This document shows positions 37,836 through 50,800 of a stretch of 64,000 bases of DNA, in pieces. The DNA is taken from NCBI GenBank assembly GCA_009602735.1, contig WELA01002297.1:780773-844772 (forward strand), read 5' to 3'. The DNA is from Mesotaenium endlicherianum (lineage: Eukaryota). Each line of letters starts with the position of its first letter. The first letter of the stretch is position 1. Both the position numbers and the translations under genes were made by a program. The notes under the pieces are model-generated. The model ran no database searches, was not told where the DNA came from, and worked only from the letters and a program-made list of their open reading frames with translations.

Positions 37836-38192
37836 GTGATTCTGCAATGTCTTTCTACGTTCTAGCTCTTGTTTATATACTTGCTACATAAGTGATTTTC
37901 TTGGAAGTTACATGTTGATGTGTTGGCACCCAACACATCCCAAAAATTGCCACCTCTTTCTAGAATAATGTACACATGTCCTTTTGACCTAAAAATGGCA
38001 CATTTGACTTTTGCCACATGGAGTTCTTCTAGGTCCTTCCTCTAACTGCGAAAATGCCTTAGAAGGTTCAAAGAACATGAACCAAGTCACTAGAGTATCT
38101 ATTTACACTTGTCTCCACACAATACTACTCCAAATATATTCAAAAGAAATAAAATATATGCAAATTAATGTATTATAACCCAAATCACTACA
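37835..38192 (-). mobile_element. Partial family-B LTR
   Basis: Matches 52342-52698 and 60366-60721 (agtgattct...gttctagctcttgtttatatac...aaatcactaca). Confidence 0.88.
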
Positions 38193-38976
38193 GGCTTTGT
38201 GAGGGGAAAATTGTCGAATCTCTTGCGAACCACAACACTGATTGTGATGTATATGCAGTATCATGTACCTGTTTGTGGTGTGCATGCGATCAGGAGCGAC
38301 GCATTGCGATGGGTCAAATTTGCTGCAGTGCAACCGCGAGCGATGTCTTGCGAGCTGCTGCATGTGCAAGCCGGACAAAAACACATTTTTCGTGCAATTA
38401 ATGGCGATCTCTCGCGAACAAATTGTACGAGCTAGGGTTGGCTAGAAGACATAAAGTGGAGTTACGCCCCCTAAAGTGGAGGTACGCCTTACCCTTACCT
38501 CCCTTTTGTCAGACGGACTCGGCCTGACAAAAACGAGTGGCCATGGCCGACCACGGCGAGGCTTGGCCTTAATTCGCCTCCTCTAGCACTCTATAGGCGT
38601 GTGAAGATGTCGCGAGTGTGGGCGCTCTCACAAGAGTGTGCTTTTTTTTTGAGACAAGCAATGGGAAGGTTGAGGGACGGGGCTGGGCAGGGGTGAGTAC
38701 ATACATGGCCGCCATGGCTGGAAGGATAGAAGAGGAGAGGCTCGAAGAGCAAGAGAGGATATGTTGCCAGCTTAGTCGAGTTGCGCGTACTTAGTTCTTT
38801 TAGGCGTCCTCTTTGTGGGTGGCAGACATGGTTGTGCAATTTTTAGTATGCGACGTCCAAGAACGCAGTCGACGGTTTTGTTTTCATCGCTCGGCTTGGT
38901 CGTTATTGCTCGCCTCGCGAAGGGCATTCTGTCGCCCCCTCATTAACTTTCAATTCTTCATCAGTTGACTTAAGAG

Positions 38977-39630
38977 AGTATGTGCGGTATATTATTGTCG
39001 TCAGTCAAGCGCCCCTCACGTGAATTTTGTAAGGGGGAAATTAGTAAGGGCCCTCGCTTGTGTGAGCGCTTGCCCGTGCGTGTTCGAAATTGCATGTCTA
39101 CGACGCGAAAGCGTTCCGTTGCGGTGACGCTTCTTCTTTGCGGCCGCCCTTTCGCGATTGCCATAAACTAGGACTTTGCCATAACTTATTCCCCTTTTTT
39201 GCTTTCAATTAGAGAGTGGGCTCTTAGGGCACTCTTCATGAGCGGCTATGGCGAGGAGAGGCGAGGCTCCTCCTCACCTGGGCCGCGAGGTAGCTCGTAA
39301 TGGGGTTGTGGGGAAGGGCGCTCTTGCTTGTTAGAAGGGTTCGTGGGGTCGAAGGCTTGGGAGCGCACGCTGGTGGGCAGCCGTGGCCGCTTGTGGTTGC
39401 AGGCGGCCATGGCCGCCTGCTTGTTATGAGGGTGCTAGAGAGAGGGCGGGAAGGGTAAGGAGGAGGCATGGTGGAGGGAGGTTGACGTCGTTAGCGTCGA
39501 CATCGAGCGTCGACACAGACACGTTCGCGCTGTTTCGACTCTCAAAATTGTCGCGATCGTTTGGAGGGCGTTTGTGAGGGGAAATTGGTCGGTGCCCTCA
39601 CAAACTTCGGTATTGATCGAGGTTGTGGAG
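38977..39630 (+). repeat. Dispersed ~650-bp hairpin-rich repeat, copy 1 (upstream of the GT90 gene)
   Basis: Collinear with 45247-45885 (ttattgtcgtcagt, tgtgagcgct, gccataacttattcc, gttcgcgctgtttcgac, ttgtgagggg...ccctcacaa). Confidence 0.85.
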
Positions 39631-39812
39631 AACGAGGCCTGTTTTGTGTTATGGGAGAGAATAGTTTGTTGACTACCGAGCTAGGGTACTCAGAATGAGG
39701 AAGCGAGTCTGTGAATAGCTCCGAGTATTTTGTATTTGTAGTCGTGCTACACACAAAATTTTACCGCTCTTATGGACATAATCTCATACGCGACGTCAAA
39801 GCCGGGCTAAGC

Positions 39813-42800
39813 ATGCTGGCTTGGGGGGCTATGCGGATTATCATTAATATTTGCTTTCTTCACAAGTTTCATATGTGCAGTCAGACTAAGGCTACAAGCA
39901 CCGAAAGAGTTAATAGATGGTACAATTGGAGCCCAAGGTCGAAATCTTCTGCCACCAATTTGTTGCTCAGCCGTTGGTGCACTGGTTAAATTTCTCATTC
40001 ATATTTCTAGCTGATTGTGCTCAGCCTTACGATATCTCGCCTCAATGATTGAGTCAACAGAAAAGCACTTACCCGGCTGGTCATGAATGCAGGCTCCAAC
40101 ATTGCCTACGCCGATATCCGGTGTGAGAAGAGCTGCGAGGACACCTGCTATGAGCAGAAACAAAAAATCTGGTAATTTTAGCGTTCAGAAGCTTATGATG
40201 ACTCGTTTACTACATTATTTTGGTTCACATGTACTTTTAAAATGCCCTGCAAGTCTCACATAGTACGTCCAGGTGACTGGTCGGACTGTCCATTCGCGCC
40301 ATGTGAGCTGATGAATGATCCAGTCAAGCATGTGATTGCAAGACTTTCCTCCGTCAAGCACCAAATTACGTGGGCCTGGAGCAAGAGCTGTGCCAGTCGG
40401 ATTTTCTTGGTTTTCATATCCAGTCAAGGAGAACGTATCTGTCATAGGACCTGGCCAGACTCCTCTGCCTGCCAACCTTCTTGGCCGCTTCATGGGAGAT
40501 GGAGATTTCGTTTGGGAGTTCGAACGGCAGGAGTCCGGAAACTACAGGTATCATATTAGTCAATGAACTGGGCTCCTGATTTCAGCTGCAGCATTTGTCA
40601 AAGATCTCACTCATACTTCGTCTTCATCGTCACACCGCATTTCTCAGTTGACCACTTATCCGGGGCATTTCTGCAGCATTTTGCATGACGGAGAGCTTTT
40701 TGCGACATACACCATGCATCCAGACACAAGCTTCTGCCCGGAGCTAATGGTCAATCTCGAGTCCCGGTACAGGTACGCCTTGCGTTCCTTCCCTGACAGG
40801 GCAATTTGTAAGAACCCTGGCTTTCTAGTTGAGACTTGCGAAGCTCAATGTCATGGCGGAAAGCGTGTGGACGTCTGACCTGCTGGTACAGTGACCAGTT
40901 CGAGTGCAGGTGGATCACTCAAGCAATGCTGTTGGGGGTTGTGCAGATGCAAAGCCGAGGACACAGACCGCATACGGCTGAGGACAGCTCGCTGGCAGGA
41001 TGGGTCTGTCACTGAGGAGATGTACGACAGCATTGGAGCCCAGGTGACTCGCGCTGCCGTCGTTGCCACCTGCTCTGACGCTCTTGAAGCCCCTTCCGAT
41101 TAGTGACACTGGCCCGGAGGACAGTGTCAGTATCGGGGGCTAAAGTCTCGTGGCAATGCATGCAGTCTGGCACAGGCCCCGTCCTCCGCTAGTGGGAGTT
41201 GCAACATGAAGTGGTGCTGCCCGGTTGTGCACTTGGCAGGGCAATTTCATGCACTACGCCATCATCAACAACACGCTGTATCGCCGCTTCCCGGCTCATA
41301 ACGTCCCCTACCACGAACTTCTGGAGAAAGTGCTGCTTGCGGTCCTGCGGAAGGTGAAGCTTCCTGACTCAGAGTTTGCTTTCAAAGGCTGTGATAACGG
41401 CACAGCGTCTCTGAGGTGGGTCCATGGGGGTGCACAGACCCTCCCCACATGCAGCTCCTCGGGCAGCCCGCTTGCGCTGAATTGCAACAAGAGATCATGC
41501 GACTGGCTGGCTTCCTGGCTGGTTGGCTGGGGTGCTAGAAGCCCTTTCAAGCAGTGTTGATGTCGGCGGGGGTACCCCCTCCCCATTCGTTTCGTCATTT
41601 CCAAGCCTCTGATTTTGTGCAGCTCTGACGGGCCACCGACGCTTGCATTCTCAACAAAGGAGGCTGACATCGACATCTTGATTCCGTCCGGTTACTTGAT
41701 GTGGGACCTGATGAGCGGCAACTACGTCAGGGTAAGTGGGAAAAACCTCAATGGTGTGCGAGCCCCCCCCACTGCAGCTGCGGGAATTCCTCTGAGGAGT
41801 CTTTACCAGGAGTGTTGTGCTGTGCTGTGCCTGTCTGCGTGGCATAGTTGAGATATTGACCCCAAGGCTAACAGCGTGATGTGTCTGCTTGACTACTACT
41901 ATAGGGACTGAGGACGTCTTGGTCCTGTCGGTCATACAGTCTGTGAAAAGCTTGTCCTGTCTCACTATGACTCGCCTTTGGCTGGAGTGAAATGCCGTCT
42001 CGTAGCCTGAAGAAGTAGGCGTGGCTGCTATTGCCCTGTGCGGCCCCCAGCTGCCGCCGGTGCATGCGGAGAGGCCAGCTCGCCCATTGCAAGACGAGCT
42101 CGCACTGAGCTTGCTGCAGCTTGCACATTGGTCGGGGGAACCTGCCACTGTGCTCTTGAAGCCTCTGCCACATGTCTCATTCCTAGATGTGGGTTTGCAT
42201 TGTGGATTTGGAGCTGCAGGGTGCCACGAGCCTGAAGCCCTGGACAGCCCGGAAATCCAAGTGCTACTTTGTCGGCACCAACACAGGCTACCTGCATGTC
42301 TCCAATCCCAGGCATCTGTGGCTCACTCCACGCTTCCGCGCGGCCATGCTGGCGAGGGATCACGAGGACATCCTGCAGGTCAAGGTCATGGTGGGCAACA
42401 AGAAAATGATCACAGACGTAAGCACGAGCTGTCAGCAGAGGGGACTAGCTGGGCCTGCTTGCACAGGGCTTGGCTTGCACAGGCATTTTGCTCTCCTGCC
42501 TGATAATTCTGTTCCGTCGTTTCTTCACCTCCACCTGCGACAGGCGTCACATTCAGCGGGTCAACCGCTTTCCCATTGCCGCAGCAAGCTTCCAGCAGCT
42601 CCTGCTGGTCCTGGGAAGGGGGTAGCGGCGGTGAGACTGGGGGTCTCTCTTCTGCAGTGTGGTACCCTCCACCCCAGGCAGACGTTGACGTGCCAGACGT
42701 GGCCTGTGGAGGGCACACTTCTTTGTCCCATGCGCTCCATGGGCAAGACTGGGTACCTGGTGGTGATGTAAATCCACGGATCTGCTTTTGAAGCACCACA

Positions 42801-44315
42801 GCCGATCGGATGTCCGGGCTGCGTGCGTGATCTTTCACTCGGTTGACTGGCTCCACTCCAGCAGCATTCGGAGTTATTTGTTGCAGGGACCTCGTGAAGG
42901 CACCTCCGCACCTTTGCCCGTAGCTCATAGGTGCCCCACAGGGCACTGCGCTTCAGCATCCATAGGTGGACCTGCGACACTGAGCAACTTTCTGCGACCC
43001 GAGGAGGACTTGACCAAGGGGGTTAACCGGTCGTGTCTCTGAGCGGTGCAGGAGGCTGAAGTTGCAGCCCACAAGCTGAACCTGACGATATGATATTTCC
43101 CATCCCGTGCGCCGGAGCACAAGTGCCTCGTTCATATCGATGGGAACGCGGCCTCGTGGCGGATGGGGAGCGAGATGACGGAGGGCCACGTGATTCTGAA
43201 GCAGAAGTCGCCTTACGCCGAGCACTTCTACGACCTCCTGGAGCCGTGTGTCCACTTTCTTGAGGTGAGCCCTGCACCCGCTGGCACGTGGGATGCCGGG
43301 ACAAGCTGGTGCTCAGGGGTGCAGGTGCTAGTGTCTGAATATCTTATATCAGTTGGGAAAGCTGGACCCTTACTGTATCGTAGTGCCTGCTTCTTTTGCC
43401 CTCCCTCGTCTCCTGCATGAGGTGGCTGCTAGAGAGGGGGTTCTATTGTTCTGGTTTTCCTGTATTCACATCAGGCACCAACAGGTTTCTTCAGTAGGCT
43501 GTTCAGGCAGTATCTGGCTTGAGGTAAGCTGATTACCACGTGGTGAGTTCTGCTCTCATTGTGTTGGTGTCAGGACCTGTTGTTTCACCTCCTCGTCACC
43601 TCTTCATCCATGCCCCCCATGCAAAGAACATTCCAATGCAGGTCGTCGCACTCACGCTGAGATTTGAGCTTCAGGCCTGAAGCTGTACACGAGTTGCAGA
43701 CTGGTGTTAGACGTGAAAGACCGCGGCATGGCCCTTGCCTCTGCCGATGTTAGTGGATAGTGGTCATTGGAAAGTGCAATCAAATAATTCGTCAAATATT
43801 CTGAGCTGCCCTGGGGCCTGAGATAGCATCCTGTTGCAAAATTGTAACATGCAAAGTGCCTTGGGAATTTGTTACCAGATGGAGCATTATATGGGAGATC
43901 TCGTCGCCAAATCTAAGTGGGCGCTTACACATGAGACGGTGTCGAGGGAGATAAGGGATTCAGCCTTCAGCTTCGCAATGTCGGTATGTCTTTCATACTG
44001 CCCATCTCGCTCTTTTTGGGCCACAGTGCTAGCTTCGCTGAAATTGACAAGCTATTCATCGTGGATGCGTACCAAACGTCTCTGTGGCATAGACGGTTGT
44101 GTGTTCACGAAGTATTGACGATTTGTTTGGGGATGGGTGGGGCTCATTGTGCCTTGCAGAGGCTCGTGGAGGAGGAGTTGATGTGTTACATGGCATACTT
44201 GATGAATGCACTCAGTAAAACTTCAGCTTCTCCGGTGAGATTGAGGGAAAATATGACATTTGTGCCCGATGAAGGGATAGCCTCGGCACCCGCTTGTATT
44301 GATATGGATATTTGA
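39813..44315 (+). CDS. Glycosyltransferase family 90 (CAP10/KDELC/POGLUT-like) with N-terminal filamin/Ig-like repeat; 5' exons uncertain
   Basis: Core exons 40343-40547, 40677-40772, 40947-41043, 41240-41415, 41623-41731, 42220-42417, ~42887-43021, 43118-43264, 43879-43983, 44160-44315 (TGA). Motifs HYAIINNTLY, LRKVKLPDSEF, IDILIP, PWTARKSKCYFVG, HKCLVHIDGNAASWR, LKQKSPYAEHFYDLLEP, DLVAKSKWALTH and LMCYM. The start (39813 or 39772) and the exons before 40343 are not resolved. Confidence 0.85.
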
Positions 44316-44736
44316 AGCCGGTGGTGATGTAGGCACTAAGAATTTTGTGCGTACAAGCAAATTGTGCGAGTACTTTTCCCGATACTCTTACTGCACTGTG
44401 TGGATCCTCTTGCTCGTGAATAAAGTGATGCATTGTGGGACACAACGAGGTGCACGAGCTCACAGACTGTTAACTACTTATTTTATAGAAATTGATATGT
44501 AGCTGATTATATTTAGATACTTATGAGGGGGGCCGTCATGCAGCCAGCATTGACTGCCAACTCAATGGGGAAAGATACAATAATTGACTGCAAAGCAATG
44601 CAATCCACCATGGAGCGGAGGAAGAAATTTCTGCCTTGCCATGATATTTATTAGTTTGTATGCGTACATACTTGCAACGTGTTTATCCTTCCATCAAGTG
44701 TGCAAAGCCGACTATGGCTGCCCAGGACAGCTGCAT

Positions 44737-44853
44737 CATGGCATTCTAAATGAATGCATTTAATTGAATTTCAGCCTCTAGTGATGGGAAATGTGACATG
44801 TGCCCAACGAAGGGATAGCCTCAGCATCCCCTTGCTATTGGTGATATAGGCCT
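44737..44853 (+). pseudogene. Decayed duplicate of the GT90 terminal exon
   Basis: catggcat...atgaatgca...ttcagc...aaatgtgacat...gaagggatagcctc...ggtgat mirrors 44189-44335. Confidence 0.7.
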
Positions 44854-45246
44854 ATTTTTTTTTACGTTGAAGAACAAGATCGCACAATGCTTCCTGCAGA
44901 GCGTAGTCATAACATTTCGATGCACCATAAGACACCACGAAGTGCTAATCCAAGCTTAAAAATTGGACCCTTCGTCATGCACATGCTCCTGGAGGAATCA
45001 TGCAGCTAGCCTTGAGTACCTTCACCACTTTTTTGTAAATTTGCTTCAAGTGCGTGCTGTGAACCCAAGATTTTGTGCAATGCAGTTGCCCTCTCTTAAA
45101 TTTGAATTTTTAATAAAGACGAAAGGGTTGAAATGGCTAGCAAAAGCAACTTGTCTTGCTGCAATGAATGGTACTTTTGTTGGCTAGCACGACCACTTGC
45201 CACATACTTTTAACAAAGTTTGAGAGGACAAGTGCACGACAGCACT

Positions 45247-45885
45247 AGTATATGCGGTAGTTTATTGTCGTCAGTAAGGCGCCCCTCATGTAACTTTTGT
45301 GAGGGGGAAATCAATAAGGACCCTCGCTCGTGTGAGCGCTGGCCCGTACGCGTTCGAAATCGGAGATTCACGACGCAAAAGCGTTCGTCCTGAACGCTTT
45401 TTCTGTGCGGCCCCAGTGCGGCCCGCCCTTTCGCGACTGCCATAAATTAGGCTTCCGCCATAACTTATTCCTCTTTTCGCTTTCGCTTAGACAGTGCGCG
45501 CTTTTCGTGAGCGGCCATGGCGAGGAGGAGCAAGGTGGAGCCTCGCCTGGGCCGGGAGGTAGCTCGCCATGGGGGCGTGGGAGAGGGCGCTCTCCCTTGT
45601 TAGATGGGTTTGTGGGGTGACAAGGTCAGGAGCGCCTGCTGCTGGGCAGCCATGGCCGCTCGTCGTTGCATGGCTGCCTGCCTATTATTAGGGTGTTGGA
45701 GAGAGAGAGAGGGTGAAGGGGGAGTAGGCATGGAGGGAGGGAGGGAGGGTTGTTAGCGCCGACTTGGAGCGTCGACAGCGTTCGCGCTGTTTCGACGTGT
45801 TGTTTGTCGGGATCGTTAGAGGGCATTTGTGAGGGGAACATTGTCGGTCCCCTCACAACTTCGATATCAATCAAGTATGTGGGGT
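45247..45885 (+). repeat. Dispersed ~640-bp hairpin-rich repeat, copy 2 (downstream of GT90, same orientation as copy 1)
   Basis: Collinear with 38977-39630. Confidence 0.85.
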
Positions 45886-46506
45886 AGTATTATGTTAGGT
45901 CGTACCACCTAGGTTTGGCCACGCCATGTCCTTGTGGGATACTTGACCATTTTCTGGCAGCATTTCTGAAGCTGTGTTGTCATACGTTGTTACTCTTTGC
46001 TTTTAGCTTGTGTAAGAACCTACCACAAACAAAAATATTTCTGCCAAATTTTATGGCTAGATTTAGCTAACGTTAGTGAAAATAAAGTTGTCATTGATCC
46101 GAATCAATGCGTGAGACTAGATCCGTTGTGCAATATGGTCAAGGTAAAGTCTGGCAACCAACCACATGTTCAATGCTTGTGTAAGTTATTTCCTAAAGTG
46201 TTCATAACATGTTTCTTTGCATAGGCATTAACTGAAATTTAAAACTAGCTCATCTATGTGATTTGCAATCGTATTCCGTATATATCTAGAATAGGTCACC
46301 AGCAACTACCTGTGGAAGGCATACACTATATAAATAACTAGTTGATGCGATTGCATAAGGCCACATATACTTCGAATTGCACCACTGACAAACAAGCTAT
46401 ACCAATCTAACGACAAAGCGTGGCACTCGACCAGATGAATAATGATATGAGAAGTAGCACCCTTGTCCACCATATAACATATTTGCAGCCCATAAGGCGA
46501 CTCCAT

Positions 46507-47844
46507 CTAGATGAACAAAGAGTGGTCGAGAAGGAACGCAGTGATCTCAACTTCCATTCTGTTGGAGCAGATCACATTGGACCAAGTTTTGATCTCGTGC
46601 CCCTTTGAAAAGCACCTCGTCAAACGGAAATACGATCGCTCCGCTGCAATAAGAAGACAAAAAGGGCAGGCAACATAGCGTGTAAGCAGCTCGTTGACAA
46701 ATCTCCTCATAGAGACCTTGAAGATATAAGCAGCATGCATTGTATCTTCAGAAAATACATGCTCTCACGCCTGATCACAGAAACACTGCCGTTTTCTCCT
46801 AGGGGAAATAGGAGGTAATGACTGGGAACAACCTAGGGGAGGGCCGGTGTAAAGGAAAAGCAATGCTTACAGCCAGCCGTTCATCGTATTTAGTTGCAAG
46901 ATACTCTGTGACAAATTGGCATTCATGAGAGCAATGGCACTTTCATGCACATGCACAGCACAGCATGACTTCAGGAGCATGATAATCTCCAGCACACTGC
47001 AAGATGTCACTAGGGGGTACAGAAAATAAATAGTAAATCAGTACAATAGTGTAGTTGTAAGTACACACCACATCAGCTACTATGGGCACTGCCCCCTCAC
47101 TTCTGCAGCCAAAGGAGGAAGAGAAGTACAACTGCAAGAGGAAAAGAGCTCTCCACCTAGAGCCAGTGAGAGAAAGAGCGGGTCCCCACATGCCCAAATG
47201 GGACGTTAGCAGAGAGTCACTTGGCAACCAGAAATAGGCGGCACTCACCCGGCACGCCCTTGAGGAAGCACTCGAAATTGAGCGCGTCCAGCTCATTCAC
47301 CACGTCCTCCAGATTTGTGACTTCCCAGTGGTGGAAGTGGTGGTACTCAAACTCCAGCACAGACACGGCCCCCGACTCCAGCGTCTTCCGCGCGCCCTGC
47401 AGCACCAGCGGGTCAAACCTGCCCCACTCGCCACCGCCCCAGCCAAACCCGCAAGTTGCCCCCCTCTGTCCGTCAGACGCGGCCGCGCATTCAACCAACA
47501 ACTCCAGCAGAAACAAGTCAGTCACCCGGTCAGTCGTCCCTCTCAAGTGCAAAATCGCCTCCCCCTACTTTGTCCCCTTTGCTGACCACCTCACGGCAGC
47601 CTACCCCCCAGCGGCAGATTTAAGAACCTGAACCCCACCAGATGCCCAAACCGCCGGAGCTTCTAGGCAACCACAGAAGCACTCACTGCGGCAGCGTGTG
47701 GCACCTGGCATACACGCCTTCCTTGAGAACCTTTGAAGCTCTGTCTAGAACCTGCATGCCAGGCCCTTTTACTGGAGATTTTACATCTAACCCAGCGGCA
47801 CCAGTTCCTCACAAACACACGAACACACACACACACACACACGA

Positions 47845-47877
<33 letters not shown>

Positions 47878-50800
47878 TGCACATATCAGACCAAGGGCCA
47901 CGACAGGAGAGAACAAAAGGCTAGCCAGAGGAACGAGTGGTCGGCTGTGCCGTGGTCGTTGACCCACCCCTCGGTGTCAATCTTGAGGATGTGCATGTGC
48001 CCAATCTTGAGGTCCCGCACGAGGTCGTCCACCGACACCACCTGCACGTCCGAGGTGTTTGCCGTGGAGCTGGTGCCCAGGCTGTGCACCTCGTCTCCTG
48101 GCCTGCATGCCGAGGAAGGGAAGAACAAATGCCGCCACATCAGACGGCACACAAGGCACAGGATACGAGACTTGACAGACGGTGAAGGGTTACACATAAG
48201 GCTCTGCCACTGTTCTTGGGGAGGCTTGAGGATGCTCCGCGCCAAGTGCAGAACCCGACGGACAAGCCAAACAACGAGAAGGCGAAGATCACAGGGGCGG
48301 GCTGGGGAGGGAAGAAAACAATATGACCCACAGAACCCTGGCAGGCCCCTCCTGCCACCCCTTCGCAGACAGCTGCAACCACCGGAACTGACAGTGGGCA
48401 GATTGTCCACTTAATGCTTCCATGCGTTCGAGACAACAGCATGAACACTAACATCTGGAACTGAGTTTGGCGGGTGTCAGCTTCCTGCTGCAGTCTGCTG
48501 CTGCGACACCTGCTGCTGCCGGTGTCTAATATGCCGCTGCTGTGTGGGCAGGTGTGCAGAAAGCCCGTGCTAAATGGAAGTCCTCTCAATACAGACAAGC
48601 CTCTCGAGATTCAATCAAGGACCTGGCTTCCAAATCCCAGTTGATACGCCCTGGCTGCAAGGTGTCATAAGCCATCAGACATGTCCAAACCTCCAACGAT
48701 GAGGATGCCACCGCGCTTTCAGCCGAGCATGCAGGACGAGAGATCTCTAGAGAGAGGGAGAGAGGGAGAGAGGGAGAGGGAGAGGGAGACGGAGAGAGGG
48801 AAGAGAATGAAAGAGAGAATCACGGGCAAGGCGCACCTGGTGTCGACAAACTTGGTGACATAGGAGGCATTGCTGGCAGCCATGCGGAAGACCTCCAGCC
48901 GGGGGTACTCCGACCATTTCTGCAAACAATGAGCGGCCAATAGGCCGGGGGCAAAGAATGAGCGCCACGCCCCGCTACCTGCCGGTGGCTATACTTACGG
49001 GCACACATTTCAGTCCTTTCTTTGATGGAAAGGGTGACTGCACTCCGGGGCCCTCCAAGTCCTCCCTTGAGAGGAGTACGTACAGTGCAGGAGGTGAGGG
49101 GGCAAACAGAGTGGGTGCTCGGCGCGCGAGATGTCTGCACACTCCACCACATGTCACATGCGGCTCCACACCTCGCTGCCATTGCTGAAAGGGGAGAGGG
49201 AAAAGAGTGGGGGAGGAAAGGGGAGCGAGGGGGGGATGTGAATACCCGGAACTCCCGCAGTAGGTTGTACGTGTGCTTGGATGGCTCCAGGGCCAGGATC
49301 CTGGGCACTTCGGTCGTCTTTGCATCTGAAAGTGCATGCAACAAAAGGCGCGATATGGGCAGCGGAAATTCATTTCATTATCAGGTATCCCATACAGATC
49401 ATGATAGTGCAGTCTGTGAGGCCTTGCTGCCCTGCAAAGGCGTCATGAGTATGCAATGATTGGTAAGCTGCAAGTTGGAGGGTGGAACAAATAGCACCCC
49501 AGGGAGATGTGAAGACAAGTCAGAAGGAGTAAACACAGCGTGAACAAGAAGTTCGATGACAGGGTCCATATCGGCACAGCTGTTCGTTGACATCATCTGT
49601 GGTGATGGGACGAGGACGAGGAAGTTCAAGTCTCCTATGATACTTGGGGTAATTCCAAAAGACACCAAATGCTATGAGTGGCCACACAAGGGGGGGGGCA
49701 GCACCAGTGATGGTAAGATTGCTCTTGACGGCTCCCATCTAGCTACTAATCCTGCAGCTGCACCTACACCCTCGTGTCTTTCGCCTCCACTTGCTTCAGC
49801 CACGACGACTGACCGCTGCATGAGAGCCATCATCTTATGCTGAGCTGGAAAGATCGAAGAGAGTGGAGGAAGGAACTGGAAGCAATGACCTGAGGGCTTG
49901 AAAAAAAGGCCGAAGGGAGTAATTTGAAGGTACTCTTGATCGATGAGAGGCATGCAGGAACTGCAGAAGAGGATATTGAAAGGGTGAAAGTAAAGAACTG
50001 AAGTGCGTCAACGACCTGCTTATAACAAGTGAAGGTAGTGAAGAACAGCTTGTGAGGAAGGGAAGAGAGGAATTGGAGGAACAAAGGGACTGCAAGAGGG
50101 TCTCCACCCACCAGTCAGGAGAAATCTCTTCATTTCCTCGTTGCAGTCGCCGCAAACTCCGCACATAATCCACTCTGTGAAGACCTCGCTGTACCTCTTC
50201 CGTAAGTATGCACCCCATGATTTTGGTTCCACTCCATACTGCGGGGACCAGTATGCCATCCACTTGGCAACATTGTAGCCTGCATGCATTCCATGCAGGA
50301 CAAGGGCGAGTGACGTGGCAGGTGAGGAGTTTCCAGAGGTGGCGAAGGAGGCACGGAAACCTGCAGCTTCTAGGCCTCAGTCAAGACATAACCACCTTCT
50401 GTGAAGATACATTCTCGTGATTTCCGCCCTAAACCAGAGCGAAGGAGTGAGGTGGCAGGATGATATCTCAACCTTTAAGAAGTTTAGAGGCATAAAAGGA
50501 GATCTTTAAGGTTTTCAATACGAACACTAGGTAATGTGCATTCCATGACTGCCCCCTGGCTGGAATGCTTGCTGTCCATCACTCCGTCAGAGCGTACCGG
50601 CAACTCACTTGGCCACAACAATGCTGAACCCACAAGGTAGCTTCTCTGACTTTTGGGCGCCCACGACATTTACAGACGCCATCATTACGGATAAGTGTAG
50701 AAGTTTGCAAAGAAGAAGAGCTAGCTACGGCTGATTTGAGGTAAGTGGACCAGAAGCTGAGATGGACTACCTTTATTCGCTCCTATATTCACAAGCGTCA

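Noticed and set aside
39772..39990. ATG, in-frame TAA, then a hydrophobic segment as evidence of stop-codon recoding in GT90
   Set aside because: An alternative ATG frame (39813) exists and the other genes use standard stops. This is an unresolved 5' model, not evidence for recoding.
45244..45310. Helitron 3' end (CTAG|T plus hairpin) for the GT90-flanking repeat
   Set aside because: CTAG is absent from copy 1 and the hairpin is further from the end than usual, so the class is left unassigned.
49700..49850. Extra methyltransferase exon in intron 2
   Set aside because: Exons 2 and 3 already join in phase and the segment has no family motif. It cannot be excluded without RNA data.
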